Sequence record: NC_070950.1
Length of the DNA stretch: 64,000 bases
Direction: 5' to 3' (one strand)
Below, one piece after another: positions 1 to 11,004 of this stretch; positions within the stretch are counted from its first letter, which is position 1; each line of letters opens with the position of its first letter. The translations under genes and the position numbers were made by a program. A model generated the notes under the pieces. The model searched no databases. It saw only the letters and a program-made list of their open reading frames with translations, and was not told where the DNA came from.

Positions 1-1837
1 CTTGTTCAATTTCTTTACGAATCGATGGGGTTAGACCGTCTTCGTCTTCCATCCCGAAATAGTTGAACGGGTTAAACCCTTTATCTTGGTCGACGTCTCT
101 CGCCAAACGATAAGATAAGAAACGTTTAGCCTCTGGTGACAACGTTCCATTTTTGTCAATCGCAGAAACCATGTCGGACGTACCTGAGGCCAGTCCGCTA
201 AATTCTCTACCGTTCAACAGATTACGTTTAACGGCATTTTGAGTTTGTTTATGACTTAAGAACTTCCCGCTACGGTAATCGAAACGTTCTTCTTTCAGGT
301 TATCGTTACCCGTACGAATTTTTTCCAGGCTCAGATGAAGCTTAGCGAACCACCCAGGAATGATTTCATTTAACGTACGATCGGATTGACTGCTCCAGTA
401 GCTGGGCTGAGTCAAATCCATCAAGTTACGTTTCTTGAGTTCGTACTGTTTACCACGGGAATCGTTGATATTAAAAGAAAGATCGTTTAATCTATTTCCC
501 AGGAAATTTTTACCTGTTTGTTTTAAACGCCACGCTCTTTCACTTAACCGTTTTTCACCGGGAGCAAGTGAGTCAAGGTAATCGTCGTAGGTGGAAAAGT
601 CTTCTTCGTAGTTAGCGTTATTGCGGAGAATGGTTCCTGCTAAACCAGCCGCGTTAGTTCCGGCGTATGACAGAACACTACCCAACTGTTCCAACTTGCG
701 GTATTGCCGGCGGATGTTTTTGGCTTCTTTTGGATAGAGGGTCGCAAGTTTATTAATAAGCTTAGCGCCCTGCCCAGATTTAAAGAAAGCCGGTCCTCTC
801 TCAATGACCTCGTTAGCTAGCATCTGCCCGATAATGGTTCCCATATTGAGACCCATTCCTTCGGACATCTCCATCCCCATTCTACCAGCGCCAACCATTC
901 CGCTTAAACTAGAAAGCATCCCCTCTCTGGCTTCTTTACCGAACGTCTCGGACAGATAACCCATCACCCCACCGGACCTACGTCCAATTGTGGAGAAGAT
1001 AGAATCGCGTAATCTGCCTTTAGCCGCCATGGCCAGGGAAGTTTTCTCGTAATCGCTCTTACCTGAATTAAGAGTGATCTTTTTAAGCTCGTCAATCTGA
1101 CGATGCATCGAGGCTTCCATGAACTTGTAGTATTTAGCGTTGGTTAAATGCATCCGAGCCAATAAGTTGATTTTAACCGCATCGTTCTTAGCCTGGATTT
1201 TATTCTGGTAACGCAAAATGCCTTGAAGGGTGGTTGAGATTCCGCCTAACAGCGAATTGGTTGCTTGTTGCTGAGCTAATTGACGACCGCCAACTACCGC
1301 GGTCATGTTGTTGATAGCCCGCCCAATACCCACCATCGTTCCTGTCTGCTGGGCCGTAACTCCGCTTATAAAACCGGCTAAGCCATCTTCATCGACTTCT
1401 CCCATACTTGGATCAGAAGGTGTGTATCCTCCTTGATCCCAATGGCTAAAGTCCTTATTACTGAAGGTCTCCAACCCCTGGGCAATTTTATTAGGAACCT
1501 TGTCGCCGTGGCGGTCTAAGGTCATCTGAGCAATTGCCTGGAGATCTTCCACCATATCTTTTGATCCGGCTTTGACCTCACTTAGGATCTCCTGCTTCTT
1601 CCAATCAAACTCTCTTTTTAAATCAAAGACAGTCCCAAATGATTTTGGGAGGAGCATTTTAGCCGTTCTCAACCTACCTTCTGAACTTCCTATCGTACCG
1701 CTGTGGAGCTCACTGAGAAAACCACTCCCCATGCTCGCAAAGAAACCTTTTTTAGGTGCGTTATCGAAGTCGAAGTCGAAATCTATATCGCCGGCGAACG
1801 GGTCGTCTCCCCAATCGTCGAAATCATCTTTAGCCAT
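1..1837 (-). CDS. Large tail-associated protein (phiKZ gp181-like tail lysin / tape-measure type), N-terminal >612 aa, runs off the left edge
   Basis: Not in the ORF track (no stop in window). ATG at 1837 after GAGG gives MAKDDFDDWGDDPFAGDIDFDFDFD; the frame reads as protein at both ends checked (...EDGLTPSIRKEIEQ at the edge). Identity inferred from its position beside the virion RNAP beta' gene. Confidence 0.65.
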   Translation of the reverse strand, partial: MAKDDFDDWGDDPFAGDIDFDFDFDNAPKKGFFASMGSGFLSELHSGTIGSSEGRLRTAKMLLPKSFGTVFDLKREFDWKKQEILSEVKAGSKDMVEDLQAIAQMTLDRHGDKVPNKIAQGLETFSNKDFSHWDQGGYTPSDPSMGEVDEDGLAGFISGVTAQQTGTMVGIGRAINNMTAVVGGRQLAQQQATNSLLGGISTTLQGILRYQNKIQAKNDAVKINLLARMHLTNAKYYKFMEASMHRQIDELKKITLNSGKSDYEKTSLAMAAKGRLRDSIFSTIGRRSGGVMGYLSETFGKEAREGMLSSLSGMVGAGRMGMEMSEGMGLNMGTIIGQMLANEVIERGPAFFKSGQGAKLINKLATLYPKEAKNIRRQYRKLEQLGSVLSYAGTNAAGLAGTILRNNANYEEDFSTYDDYLDSLAPGEKRLSERAWRLKQTGKNFLGNRLNDLSFNINDSRGKQYELKKRNLMDLTQPSYWSSQSDRTLNEIIPGWFAKLHLSLEKIRTGNDNLKEERFDYRSGKFLSHKQTQNAVKRNLLNGREFSGLASGTSDMVSAIDKNGTLSPEAKRFLSYRLARDVDQDKGFNPFNYFGMEDEDGLTPSIRKEIEQ

Positions 1838-1857
1838 TTTAACCTCGTGGTGCGAAT

Positions 1858-3471
1858 ATGCAACCTACTAATATTACGTTATTGAACCCAAACAAAGTGG
1901 CTTGGGCTCTCATGAAAGCCGTGACGTCAACAGACGTCCATGAGGGGATGACCAACAACCTTCATGAAGATGGTTTATACTCTCCAACAATCTTCGGTCG
2001 TGTCGGTACCGACCAACGAGATAAAACTCAATCTTACATCAATGTTAAGATTCCTGTCTTCAACCCGACTTATTTTAAGGCTTTGATTGGGTTAAAGGGT
2101 TTGTATCTCGGAATAATCAAAGGGACGGAATACGCCCTTTGGGACGCATCAGAACGCGACTTCATAAAATCAAACCTCCTGGAAGGAGAAACCGGCTACG
2201 GTTTCTTTATGCGTCACTTTTACGACTTAGAACCTAAGTTAAACGAAAGTTATAAACGCAAACAGCGCGTAGAACTCTTTAATAAATTTAAAGACATCGC
2301 GTTGACTAAAAACATCATTGTGCTGCCGGCTGGTATTCGTGATATCCAGGTTGAACCCAACGGCCAGATCGTGGAACCTGAAATAAATGATTTCTATCGT
2401 AAACTGATCTTCCGTAGTCGCAGCGTGGTTATCCAGGAAGGTGAAGAAGATAACCCGATTTACGATAACATCCGTTGGGCGATTCAAAGCGTGTTCAACG
2501 ATATCGACGATTATATCTTCCGGCTGATGGAAGGTAAGCGTGGATTCTTACAGCGCCGAGTCTCAACTCGTGGTGTTGTTGGGGGTACTCGTAACGTTAT
2601 TACCGCTCGTAAAGTTTCTGTTGCTGATGCGGATGATGATAATGGGGTTGACGTTAACACCACAGATATCGGGATGTATCAAGCGCTGTTGGGTTTCCAA
2701 TACGTTGCACGATATGCGTTACTTAAAGGTTTCTTAAGCCGCGTGTTTACGGTAGGGTCAAGTACGGCTAAACTCGTCGACCCCAGAACCTTCGAATATC
2801 AATACGTTGAAGTTGAGAGCAACATTGTTGACAAATGGTTGTCGGCCGATGGACTCACCGCTCTGTTCAACGGATTCGGAACGAGGCACTTGCGTCATAA
2901 ACCGATCAAAATTAATGGCTATTACATGGGCCTGACCTATGATGACGGTAAATATGTCAAGTTACTCGGTGACGTAACCGAACTTCCTCCTGGGTTTGAT
3001 AAGAAGTTCTGCAAACCATTGACTTACATGGAACTCTTCTATTTAAGTTGTGTCGAAGAAATAGAAAAGAGAATGCTTCAGGTTACCCGCTATCCGATCA
3101 CCGGGATGGGTTCTATCTATCCCAGCCTCATCAAAATCAAAACGACAACTAACGCCGAAAAAAGAATCATCTTAGATGATTACTGGGAAGAAGGTTATCG
3201 TTGCACATACTACCCAGTCCGAGAAACTAAACCGGATTATTTCGACGCCATGAGTGTCGATGGCAGTCGGTTAGGTTTATTGGGTGGGGACTTCGATGGC
3301 GACCAACTTAACAGTAACTCCATCAACGGAGAGGATGCTATTGCTGAAGCTAAAGCTTTAATGGGCAGACGCGATTACTATATCACCGGCACGGGGCAGT
3401 TCCTTTACAGTCCAACGGTGGAACCTCACGAATTCTTATTCCGAAATCTCAGTAACGGACTCAACCTATGA
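1858..3471 (+). CDS. Virion RNA polymerase beta'-like subunit (phiKZ gp180-like)
   Basis: GLYSPTIFG, LPAGIRD, GKRGFL motifs and catalytic GDFDGD; 537 aa. Confidence 0.9.
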   Translation: MQPTNITLLNPNKVAWALMKAVTSTDVHEGMTNNLHEDGLYSPTIFGRVGTDQRDKTQSYINVKIPVFNPTYFKALIGLKGLYLGIIKGTEYALWDASERDFIKSNLLEGETGYGFFMRHFYDLEPKLNESYKRKQRVELFNKFKDIALTKNIIVLPAGIRDIQVEPNGQIVEPEINDFYRKLIFRSRSVVIQEGEEDNPIYDNIRWAIQSVFNDIDDYIFRLMEGKRGFLQRRVSTRGVVGGTRNVITARKVSVADADDDNGVDVNTTDIGMYQALLGFQYVARYALLKGFLSRVFTVGSSTAKLVDPRTFEYQYVEVESNIVDKWLSADGLTALFNGFGTRHLRHKPIKINGYYMGLTYDDGKYVKLLGDVTELPPGFDKKFCKPLTYMELFYLSCVEEIEKRMLQVTRYPITGMGSIYPSLIKIKTTTNAEKRIILDDYWEEGYRCTYYPVRETKPDYFDAMSVDGSRLGLLGGDFDGDQLNSNSINGEDAIAEAKALMGRRDYYITGTGQFLYSPTVEPHEFLFRNLSNGLNL

Positions 3472-6400
3472 GCGTATTATACCAACAGTTCTTCCGCAAT
3501 TTTGTTCTTAGGAAAAAACAAGAAATTACAAATCCTAAGTTTCACCATCTGACGGATATGGTGTTGCCGAGAGAATCGGTAATGATGTATCTACCGAAGA
3601 CGCAAGAAGATATCGGCCCGAGTACCGAGGAGCCCTTAATAGGGACTTACCCTGATGGGGTTAACATTTATTTCAACAGTCTTTATATAACCCCCATCGG
3701 AAGAACTCGACCCGTTCCCTTTAACGAAAAGCAATCTATACAGCTTTATCGTAAAAGCCATTTCAAATACAACTGGGCGAGGACGTTGTCCAACTACCTG
3801 AGTCGTCGTCAGGAACTGTTGGTAAACAACATAGCGATGGGACCTCATCGTCACCGTTATGTCTTTACTCGCTTTGTTCAGTTCGAACGAGCTTACAACC
3901 AACTGGCTTCTGGGATTGAAGCGGTTAAACAAATGAGTAAGGAAACGACCCGCCATCAATACTGGCGAATAGAACTTCCTCCAGCCATCCCCGATTATCG
4001 TCAGCTACTGGTAGCAGTCGATCATTATAAGAAGGCGTTCAAAGACGGCGTTTATACCACGACTGACAATCAGGCGGTACTCCCGTTTAAGGGTTACGGT
4101 TCTTATTGGATCATGGACTGGTATCTCTTCTTGATAGGCGAAAAGAACTACAGTCTGTTTAATCGCTTAGATAAAGAAGAAATGGATAAACTCCACATCA
4201 TCTTTAGTCATAATGGACTCAGCTGGGTAGTTAACCTTGGTATCGTCTCTCAATGGATGGAAGAACTTAACGACAAGCACGGCAATCCCACCAGTATGCG
4301 TGTTAACGCGGCTAAACGGTTCCTGCTTGGATTTAGGGCTCTGATAGCGGGCGGCACGCTAAGTGAAACCATAGAGGAGAAACCTCATGCCGCAGAGAAT
4401 GTCGGATTGGGTACTGGAACGCCAGAAGAGGAAAGAAGAAGCCAGGAAGTTAATAAGGAATCAGAAGAAGAACCGCTGGATCTCGATGAGTCTGAAGAGA
4501 TTACTGATCAGTCTGTTACTATGCTTGATCTTTTCATGGGCAGCAAAAAGGCTGATACAGAATCTGATGATGACCAAGGAGGAGAGGATTCAGGAGGAGC
4601 TGATGAGAATCACGGAGAAGAGTGGGCTGCAGCGGTCGACGATGAATTACTTTATAACGCCGAAACAGAAGGACTAGGGGAAACCAAGAAAGTTATTTTC
4701 AGTACCCCGGAATCTGGCATCCTGAGAGCCTTAGAGCAAAGAGCCAAGGCCGGGACATTAACTGTTGCGGAACAACGTTATTACACTAATCTCGCGCAAT
4801 CATACAAAACAATCAAAATGCCTAACGGTGAAAGTCTTGAAAGTTTTGTTAAGATCGATCAGGCCAAACTCCGCCACCTTCCTGCTAAAATTGCTCCTGA
4901 GATGAGAGGGATCATCGACCCTTCTCAGCTACAAAGTAGAGCGACAAATCTTAAAACGAAATACTCTGAAGAATTCCTTAACCGGGATATCGCCGGGATG
5001 ATTCTTAACATTCAGAACGCCGGTATCGTTTTAACCGACCTGAAACGTGAACGTATCGTCAATGCGGAATCGGCTTACGACGTTTATACCATGAACGTTC
5101 ATCCTGTTGGCGGATCGCCTAAGACCGCAATGTTCCGTATCCCCAAAATTGACAAAGACGGAACCTTCACTGTCGATGGGGTAAAACAACATCTTCAACT
5201 TCAGCGTATGGAAATACCGATTCGTAAGATAAACTCGGAGCAGGTTGCTTTGACGAGTTATTATGACCGCAAGATCATGATGTCTCGTTCTACCAAGGTC
5301 GCCGACGATTACGGATTGTGGCTGAACAAGCAGCTTATTCTGTTGGGCGAAGCCGGTAAAGTATCCGGGGTGTTGGGCGATGTCTATAATCGTAGTTACG
5401 CTGTTCCTCGTACTTATTCTGCGTTAGCCAAACGGTATCGGTCATTAAAGGCGGGTGGGATTGAATTCAACTTCGATCTTTCTAGTCTTGTTGGATCAGA
5501 GAAAGAAATCAATAAGCTGATTTCTCCTAACTGGGTTCCGGTGGCTAAAGAAGGTGACGACTTCATCTTTATGGATGATGGCGGTAACCTTTATAAAGAT
5601 AAGACACACATTGGTTCTTTCGAAAGCCGCTGTGGAATTGACACGACGAAAGCCCCAGTCGATATCGTTACGGTGAATGTAAACGGATACGCCTTCCCTA
5701 TCGGGGTAGTGCTGGCTTACTACTTCGGATTCGACGAACTTCTTAAAGCACTCAATGCTGACTATCGGACCGTTCCGGCCGGTGAGAAAGTTCGGATGGG
5801 TCAGGACGAATACGCGATAACCTTTAACGATGAAACGCTCATTTTCAACAGACGGGATAGTTTAACCGCACTCATTATGGGTGGGTTCCGGAAGTTAGCG
5901 AATTTGAGTAACTTCTCTCGTTATGACCTAAACACGAAAGGTGTGTGGGTGCCGGCTATCGGGGATAAGAAAGTCAAACCGGGTCATTTTGATGAAATGC
6001 GTTTGATGTTCGAAATGTTCATCGATCCTATCACCAAATCTGAACTGGTTAAAAGGGGTTATCCGACCGAGCTTCATTATCTCATGATCGAAGGCGTCAA
6101 AATGCTGAACACCGATCGGACTGCTCACGAGATAGAATTAACTGAGCAACGTTTCGTTGGGTATGAACGTTTCGCCGGTCGGGTCTATAACGAAATTGTT
6201 AAGTCGACTCGTCAATTCAGGAATAAAGGTAATGACAAACGTTTCACCTTCGATATGAACCCTGAAGCGGTTATCATGAGTATCATCACCGATACAAGTG
6301 TAAACCTAGTCGAAGAGGTTAACCCCATCCACGAAATCAAAGAACAGGAAGTTGTTACCTTTGGTGGTACTGGTGGGCGAAGTGAAACGACAATGGTCAG

Positions 6401-7724
6401 ACGTACACGTGGTCAGCAAGAGAACTATGCTGGGGTTATCTCCGAGGCTGGTAAAGACTCCGGTAAAGTTGGGTTCGTGAGTTACTTAACGAGCAACCCT
6501 AAGATCGCCGATTTCCGTGGTAACGTCGACCTAAGCATGCCTGACACTCTGAGCGGCAGACTGTCGGTAACATCCAACCTTTTAGCTCACTCGACCTCCG
6601 ATGACCCCAAACGTGCTCTGTTCTCCGGGGTACAGCAAAGCCAGGGGGTATCTGCGACTAACTATCAGACCAACTGGTTACGCACAGGGGATGAGCTGGT
6701 TATCGCACACCGGACATCTGAGCTTTATTCTAAACCGGCTAAACTCGACGGTAAAGTAATAAAGCTTACCAAAGAAGGTTTAGTGGTCGAATACAAGGAT
6801 GGAACGACGGACAGCTATCCGTTAGGCTTGACTATCGGTAGTGCGTCTGGTGAATTCCACAGACACACAAGGGTTACCGATTTAAAAGTCGGCGATAGTT
6901 TCAACGCCGGAGACATTATCGGTTGGGATGAAATGTACTTTGAAAGGGATTTGGCTAACCCTAATCAGGTCGCGTGGAAATGCGGGGTAATGGTGAGGAT
7001 TGCCTTTGTTGAGAATCAGTTCACGTTTGAAGACTCCATTGAGGTTTCTAAAGACTTCGCTGAGCAGACGAAAACGCCTTATTTGAAGTTGAAAGAATTC
7101 TCTTTAGACTTCGAACAAACTCTCGTCCCTCACGTAGAAGTCGGGTCGGAAGTCGACATGGACGCGATTTTATGCTCGATAGAGGATCCCCACGTAAGTG
7201 GTCTGGACGATTCTGATGACACTTTCTCAGGATTAGAGCGTTTAGGGGTTAAACAAATTCGGTCTAACCATCATGGCCGTGTTGTTAAAATTGAGTGTGT
7301 TTATAACGGTTCAATTGAAGACATGTCAGATAGCCTGAAAGGGTTTGTGACTAAGTTAGATAAAGAACGTCAACAGCTCAATAAGGTCACTCATACCGGG
7401 ATCGTTAACGGTAACGTTGGGGGAAACACGTATGTTAAGAAAGCCAGTGTTGAACCTAATCGGGTTACGGTTAAAATCTTTATTGAGGATCTCAATAGCT
7501 CCGAAACCGCCGATAAATTTGTAGTCGGTAACCAGATGAAAGGCACCGTGGGGAATATCGTGAACTACACAATGCGCACACTGGATGGCCGTATTGTCAA
7601 GATTCGATTCTCATTTAAATCGATGTTCAACCGTATGGTTCTGAGCTTACGAGATAAAATGGGTATCAATGAAGTTAACGCCAACCGCACTTCGGCAGCA
7701 GTTAAAGCTTTCAGAGGAAAATAA
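3468..7724 (+). CDS. Virion RNA polymerase beta-like subunit (phiKZ gp178-like)
   Basis: 1418 aa; DDPKRALF..QQSQ, FEDSIEVS and DKF..GNQMKG beta motifs; acidic insertion near aa 305-400; ATGA overlap with the upstream gene. Confidence 0.9.
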   Translation: MSVLYQQFFRNFVLRKKQEITNPKFHHLTDMVLPRESVMMYLPKTQEDIGPSTEEPLIGTYPDGVNIYFNSLYITPIGRTRPVPFNEKQSIQLYRKSHFKYNWARTLSNYLSRRQELLVNNIAMGPHRHRYVFTRFVQFERAYNQLASGIEAVKQMSKETTRHQYWRIELPPAIPDYRQLLVAVDHYKKAFKDGVYTTTDNQAVLPFKGYGSYWIMDWYLFLIGEKNYSLFNRLDKEEMDKLHIIFSHNGLSWVVNLGIVSQWMEELNDKHGNPTSMRVNAAKRFLLGFRALIAGGTLSETIEEKPHAAENVGLGTGTPEEERRSQEVNKESEEEPLDLDESEEITDQSVTMLDLFMGSKKADTESDDDQGGEDSGGADENHGEEWAAAVDDELLYNAETEGLGETKKVIFSTPESGILRALEQRAKAGTLTVAEQRYYTNLAQSYKTIKMPNGESLESFVKIDQAKLRHLPAKIAPEMRGIIDPSQLQSRATNLKTKYSEEFLNRDIAGMILNIQNAGIVLTDLKRERIVNAESAYDVYTMNVHPVGGSPKTAMFRIPKIDKDGTFTVDGVKQHLQLQRMEIPIRKINSEQVALTSYYDRKIMMSRSTKVADDYGLWLNKQLILLGEAGKVSGVLGDVYNRSYAVPRTYSALAKRYRSLKAGGIEFNFDLSSLVGSEKEINKLISPNWVPVAKEGDDFIFMDDGGNLYKDKTHIGSFESRCGIDTTKAPVDIVTVNVNGYAFPIGVVLAYYFGFDELLKALNADYRTVPAGEKVRMGQDEYAITFNDETLIFNRRDSLTALIMGGFRKLANLSNFSRYDLNTKGVWVPAIGDKKVKPGHFDEMRLMFEMFIDPITKSELVKRGYPTELHYLMIEGVKMLNTDRTAHEIELTEQRFVGYERFAGRVYNEIVKSTRQFRNKGNDKRFTFDMNPEAVIMSIITDTSVNLVEEVNPIHEIKEQEVVTFGGTGGRSETTMVRRTRGQQENYAGVISEAGKDSGKVGFVSYLTSNPKIADFRGNVDLSMPDTLSGRLSVTSNLLAHSTSDDPKRALFSGVQQSQGVSATNYQTNWLRTGDELVIAHRTSELYSKPAKLDGKVIKLTKEGLVVEYKDGTTDSYPLGLTIGSASGEFHRHTRVTDLKVGDSFNAGDIIGWDEMYFERDLANPNQVAWKCGVMVRIAFVENQFTFEDSIEVSKDFAEQTKTPYLKLKEFSLDFEQTLVPHVEVGSEVDMDAILCSIEDPHVSGLDDSDDTFSGLERLGVKQIRSNHHGRVVKIECVYNGSIEDMSDSLKGFVTKLDKERQQLNKVTHTGIVNGNVGGNTYVKKASVEPNRVTVKIFIEDLNSSETADKFVVGNQMKGTVGNIVNYTMRTLDGRIVKIRFSFKSMFNRMVLSLRDKMGINEVNANRTSAAVKAFRGK

Positions 7725-7725
7725 A

Positions 7726-8586
7726 ATGTCTATCGCCCTAACCAAAGCGATTAAAGATATCCAGGTATCTTTAAAAGAGGTGGGGCTTTATCCTTCTAAG
7801 ATCGATGGTGTGTGGGGGGATGGAAGTTCGACTGGCTTCCTTACCCTCATCAACTATTATGCGTCTAAAGAAGGTAAAGCGTCTCAAGTTAAAATCGGTC
7901 CTAAGGTCGGCAACGAAGTAGCCTTTAAAACAGTTCAGCAACAACTCCAAAACGTCGGGCTTTACGGCGGTACGATCGACGGACTTTGGGGTAACGGAAC
8001 CAAAACCGCTTTGGCAACTCTGAACAGCGTCTTCCGTTTAGGTTATCAACTACCTAAATACAGCGCATGCTGGAGTAAGAAGGTTGAACCGGCATTCGTT
8101 GCCCGTTGTAAGAAATGGGTGGACGACGAAGCTCTGGTTCCTGAATGCCTTGATTTCGTCATGGCGATTATGTGTTTCGAATCAGGCGGTACCTTCCGAC
8201 CAGATATTCAGAATCGCGCCGGCGCCAACTATTGGGGTTTAATCCAATTCGGTACTGCGGCCGCAACCGATCTGGGTACTACTCTTGACAAACTCAAGAA
8301 GATGACTCAGATGGAGCAACTGGAGTATGTGTTTAAATACTTCAAGATGCGGATGAAATCGTATAAACTGAAAAGTCTGGAAGATTTCTATATGTCCGTA
8401 TTTTACCCGGCCGCAATAGGTAAATCTCCTGACACCATGATCTTCGCCAATGGTTCTGTTGGTTATCGCCAGAATAACTTACTGGACGTTGACAAAGACG
8501 GTAAGATTACCGTTGGAGAAATCAGCGTTAAAATCTATCAAACTTACTACGACGGGATGCTACCCGTTAATCGGAGAATTGTCTAA
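7726..8586 (+). CDS. Modular endolysin: two peptidoglycan-binding repeats plus a lysozyme-like / transglycosylase domain
   Basis: Repeats LKEVGLYPSKIDGVWG and LQNVGLYGGTIDGLWG; catalytic region FESGGTF...GLIQFG. Start reassigned to ATG 7726 after GAGGA. Confidence 0.85.
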   Translation: MSIALTKAIKDIQVSLKEVGLYPSKIDGVWGDGSSTGFLTLINYYASKEGKASQVKIGPKVGNEVAFKTVQQQLQNVGLYGGTIDGLWGNGTKTALATLNSVFRLGYQLPKYSACWSKKVEPAFVARCKKWVDDEALVPECLDFVMAIMCFESGGTFRPDIQNRAGANYWGLIQFGTAAATDLGTTLDKLKKMTQMEQLEYVFKYFKMRMKSYKLKSLEDFYMSVFYPAAIGKSPDTMIFANGSVGYRQNNLLDVDKDGKITVGEISVKIYQTYYDGMLPVNRRIV

Positions 8587-8747
8587 TGGACGATACCATT
8601 AAAGAAGCGGTCGCTATCGCCAATTTGTTTGAATTGGTTAAAGCAACAACCGGGAAAGTCGGACTTGAATATATGGCCCCCATTGATGATTCTCGTGCCG
8701 ACGAAATTATCAGCGGTGCTATCAACGCGGCAGTAAAAGGACAATAA
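8586..8747 (+). CDS. Small hypothetical protein (53 aa), not in ORF track
   Basis: TAATG coupling to the endolysin stop; MDDTIKEAVAIANLFELV...VKGQ; fills the gap exactly. Confidence 0.55.
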   Translation: MDDTIKEAVAIANLFELVKATTGKVGLEYMAPIDDSRADEIISGAINAAVKGQ

Positions 8748-8749
8748 CA

Positions 8750-10249
8750 ATGATCAAGCAATCTTCCGTTTTCATTGCGTTGCCTATCGCAGAAAGTTTG
8801 GTTGGTGTTAACAAAACCTTTGCTGATAAAAGCCATCCGCTCATCAAAGGCCTAAGCGAATGCAGCTATGGATTGGTTCCCTATACCCTCGATAACCTTC
8901 CTTTGACTTTACCGGAAGTTACTCACGAGGAAATGGAACACGGTTTGCTGCTGGATGAAGCCAGTACAACACTCGCTGAATCTGTTCGTAAGAGTTTCCA
9001 GCAAATCAGCCATTACCTCAAACCTTTCGCGAAAAATCTCATCGAAGAAATTTACAAGGCGACAGATATTGATGAAGACGCTACACGTCAGATTTTTGAC
9101 CGTCTTCAGATTGAATACCGTAAGCTCGATTACAGCTTCTTCGATAGCCCGTTTTACCCGAAAGAGATTGACGGCTCTATCGACTACAGCAAGATCCCTC
9201 TGAAAGATCTGATGTTGCCGGATAACGCAGTTGATAAAGACTTCGGCGGGTTCGCCGATTATATCCAGGCGCCTAACGCAGAGATCAAAGAGATCTTTGA
9301 AGCTTATCAGCCGGGTTGGGCGTTCGATAAATTTATTGGGAACAACAACTGGGCCGACGTCTTCAATATTTTCAACGGTAATGTTGATCTGACAACGGCC
9401 GGTTACAAAGACCCGGCACCTCTGTTCAGTCTGTACGTGCTGTTTACGAAAATGAAAGCGGATGAAAATCCGGCTCCATTCGTAAAAAATATCGAACTCC
9501 ATCAGTATCGTGGTTACGTCAACCGGATGCATAACTTCCTGACCGTAGCGCTTGTTTTTTGTTCTCGCTACTATCAGGGTTTGAAACTCACTCCAATGCC
9601 TGTTTTATCTTTGGTGGGCAAAATGGAAATGGATCGTGGGATTAACCTCCTGCGCGGTAAAATCGTCGTAGGTCTTACCAAAAAAGGTCTTGATCTTTAC
9701 GCAGCGGCGGCACCTGAAGGTTCTGTGAGTGAAGCTCTGGCCGGTAAGGCAGTGGCCATGATCGCAACCAAGTCCGATAAAGCTGGTTTGAACATCGTTG
9801 CAGGCGCAGAGTACTTCCAGGAAGTATTCCGCAATTACCTGGCTGGCGTAACGGGATCTCTGAACGCTAAGATCACTGAATCCTGTCGGGACGCAGTTGA
9901 GAATGCGCTGATCAAGTTCCAGAACGAACACGCGGAACTCAAAGATACCGTGATGGGTCTCAATGACAAAATTGAATTCCGTCGTCTGAGCCACGCTCTG
10001 CAGTCTGACGTGGATGCGTTCGTTGGTGGTTATAAATCGCAAGTTGTCGCTAACGGCGTTCCGCTGGATAAATACGTCATGGGTTCTGATCTCGTTGCCT
10101 CTCTGGGTAACCTGATGGGTATGACGTTCGCGGCGGATGTACTGCGCACCAGTGCTCGCTTGATCGGTTCAGGTGAGATCACCGATGTTCAGAAACGCGA
10201 AGCGCTGACCGAAGCGGTTGTAAAATCTTTAGTTAAACATCTTGTCTAA
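8750..10249 (+). CDS. Conserved phiKZ-like hypothetical protein, probably virion-associated
   Basis: 499 aa, high-expression codon bias, in the protease operon. Confidence 0.55.
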   Translation: MIKQSSVFIALPIAESLVGVNKTFADKSHPLIKGLSECSYGLVPYTLDNLPLTLPEVTHEEMEHGLLLDEASTTLAESVRKSFQQISHYLKPFAKNLIEEIYKATDIDEDATRQIFDRLQIEYRKLDYSFFDSPFYPKEIDGSIDYSKIPLKDLMLPDNAVDKDFGGFADYIQAPNAEIKEIFEAYQPGWAFDKFIGNNNWADVFNIFNGNVDLTTAGYKDPAPLFSLYVLFTKMKADENPAPFVKNIELHQYRGYVNRMHNFLTVALVFCSRYYQGLKLTPMPVLSLVGKMEMDRGINLLRGKIVVGLTKKGLDLYAAAAPEGSVSEALAGKAVAMIATKSDKAGLNIVAGAEYFQEVFRNYLAGVTGSLNAKITESCRDAVENALIKFQNEHAELKDTVMGLNDKIEFRRLSHALQSDVDAFVGGYKSQVVANGVPLDKYVMGSDLVASLGNLMGMTFAADVLRTSARLIGSGEITDVQKREALTEAVVKSLVKHLV

Positions 10250-10264
10250 TCGGGAATTTAATCC

Positions 10265-10990
10265 ATGAACTATTCGGCTCTAACGAGAAATAAGGATCGG
10301 GTCTTTAAAGCATTAAAAGAGTTAGAGGGCCATTCGGTTATCGCTCTGGAGCCGTTAGAGGTTCATATCCCCAAACGCTTTATCGAGCGATCACTAGCCG
10401 ATATCGGTGATAAGGTTGAAACGATCGGTGTTCTGGGGATCGTCATTCCCGATGTCGCTTATTGCTGCATGTATCGCGTGGCTACTGTAACACTGTCACC
10501 AAGTAACATCAGGGAAATCACAATAGACGGCGTAAGATATGTCGTATTGGATTTCGAGAAGGGCGATACAGTCTTTAACAACATCGAGGTCGTTAAAGAC
10601 GAACATCTCAACTATTCTTATTACATGGAGTTCGGGTATTTCGCAAGGGTTCCTTGGTACGTCGATGTAACGATGGCACCTAAGCTTTTCGATTACGCCG
10701 GGCTGATCACCGGTAAGAAAGTAGGGACGAGTCCTCAGGTATTCAGGGTGCTTTACGGATTATCATATCGAGATCCCGATAACTACGAGATCGCTTATCG
10801 TTACGGCCCAGGAATTAAGGCCGGGAAGAAACCTCACCTGGTGGGGCTCAATAACGGCAGCATGTTGATAGATGGAACATTCAACCGCCTCATGGGCGGA
10901 TATCTGGCCGACAACACCATTGCGGCTATTCTTAATCCTGATACCAAAGTCACTGATTCAGAAAAAGTGATGAAGGGATCGCCAGAATAA
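10265..10990 (+). CDS. Conserved phiKZ-like hypothetical protein upstream of the head protease
   Basis: 241-aa ORF in operon; synteny only. Confidence 0.55.
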   Translation: MNYSALTRNKDRVFKALKELEGHSVIALEPLEVHIPKRFIERSLADIGDKVETIGVLGIVIPDVAYCCMYRVATVTLSPSNIREITIDGVRYVVLDFEKGDTVFNNIEVVKDEHLNYSYYMEFGYFARVPWYVDVTMAPKLFDYAGLITGKKVGTSPQVFRVLYGLSYRDPDNYEIAYRYGPGIKAGKKPHLVGLNNGSMLIDGTFNRLMGGYLADNTIAAILNPDTKVTDSEKVMKGSPE

Positions 10991-11004
10991 AATAAGGGTA
11001 AACC

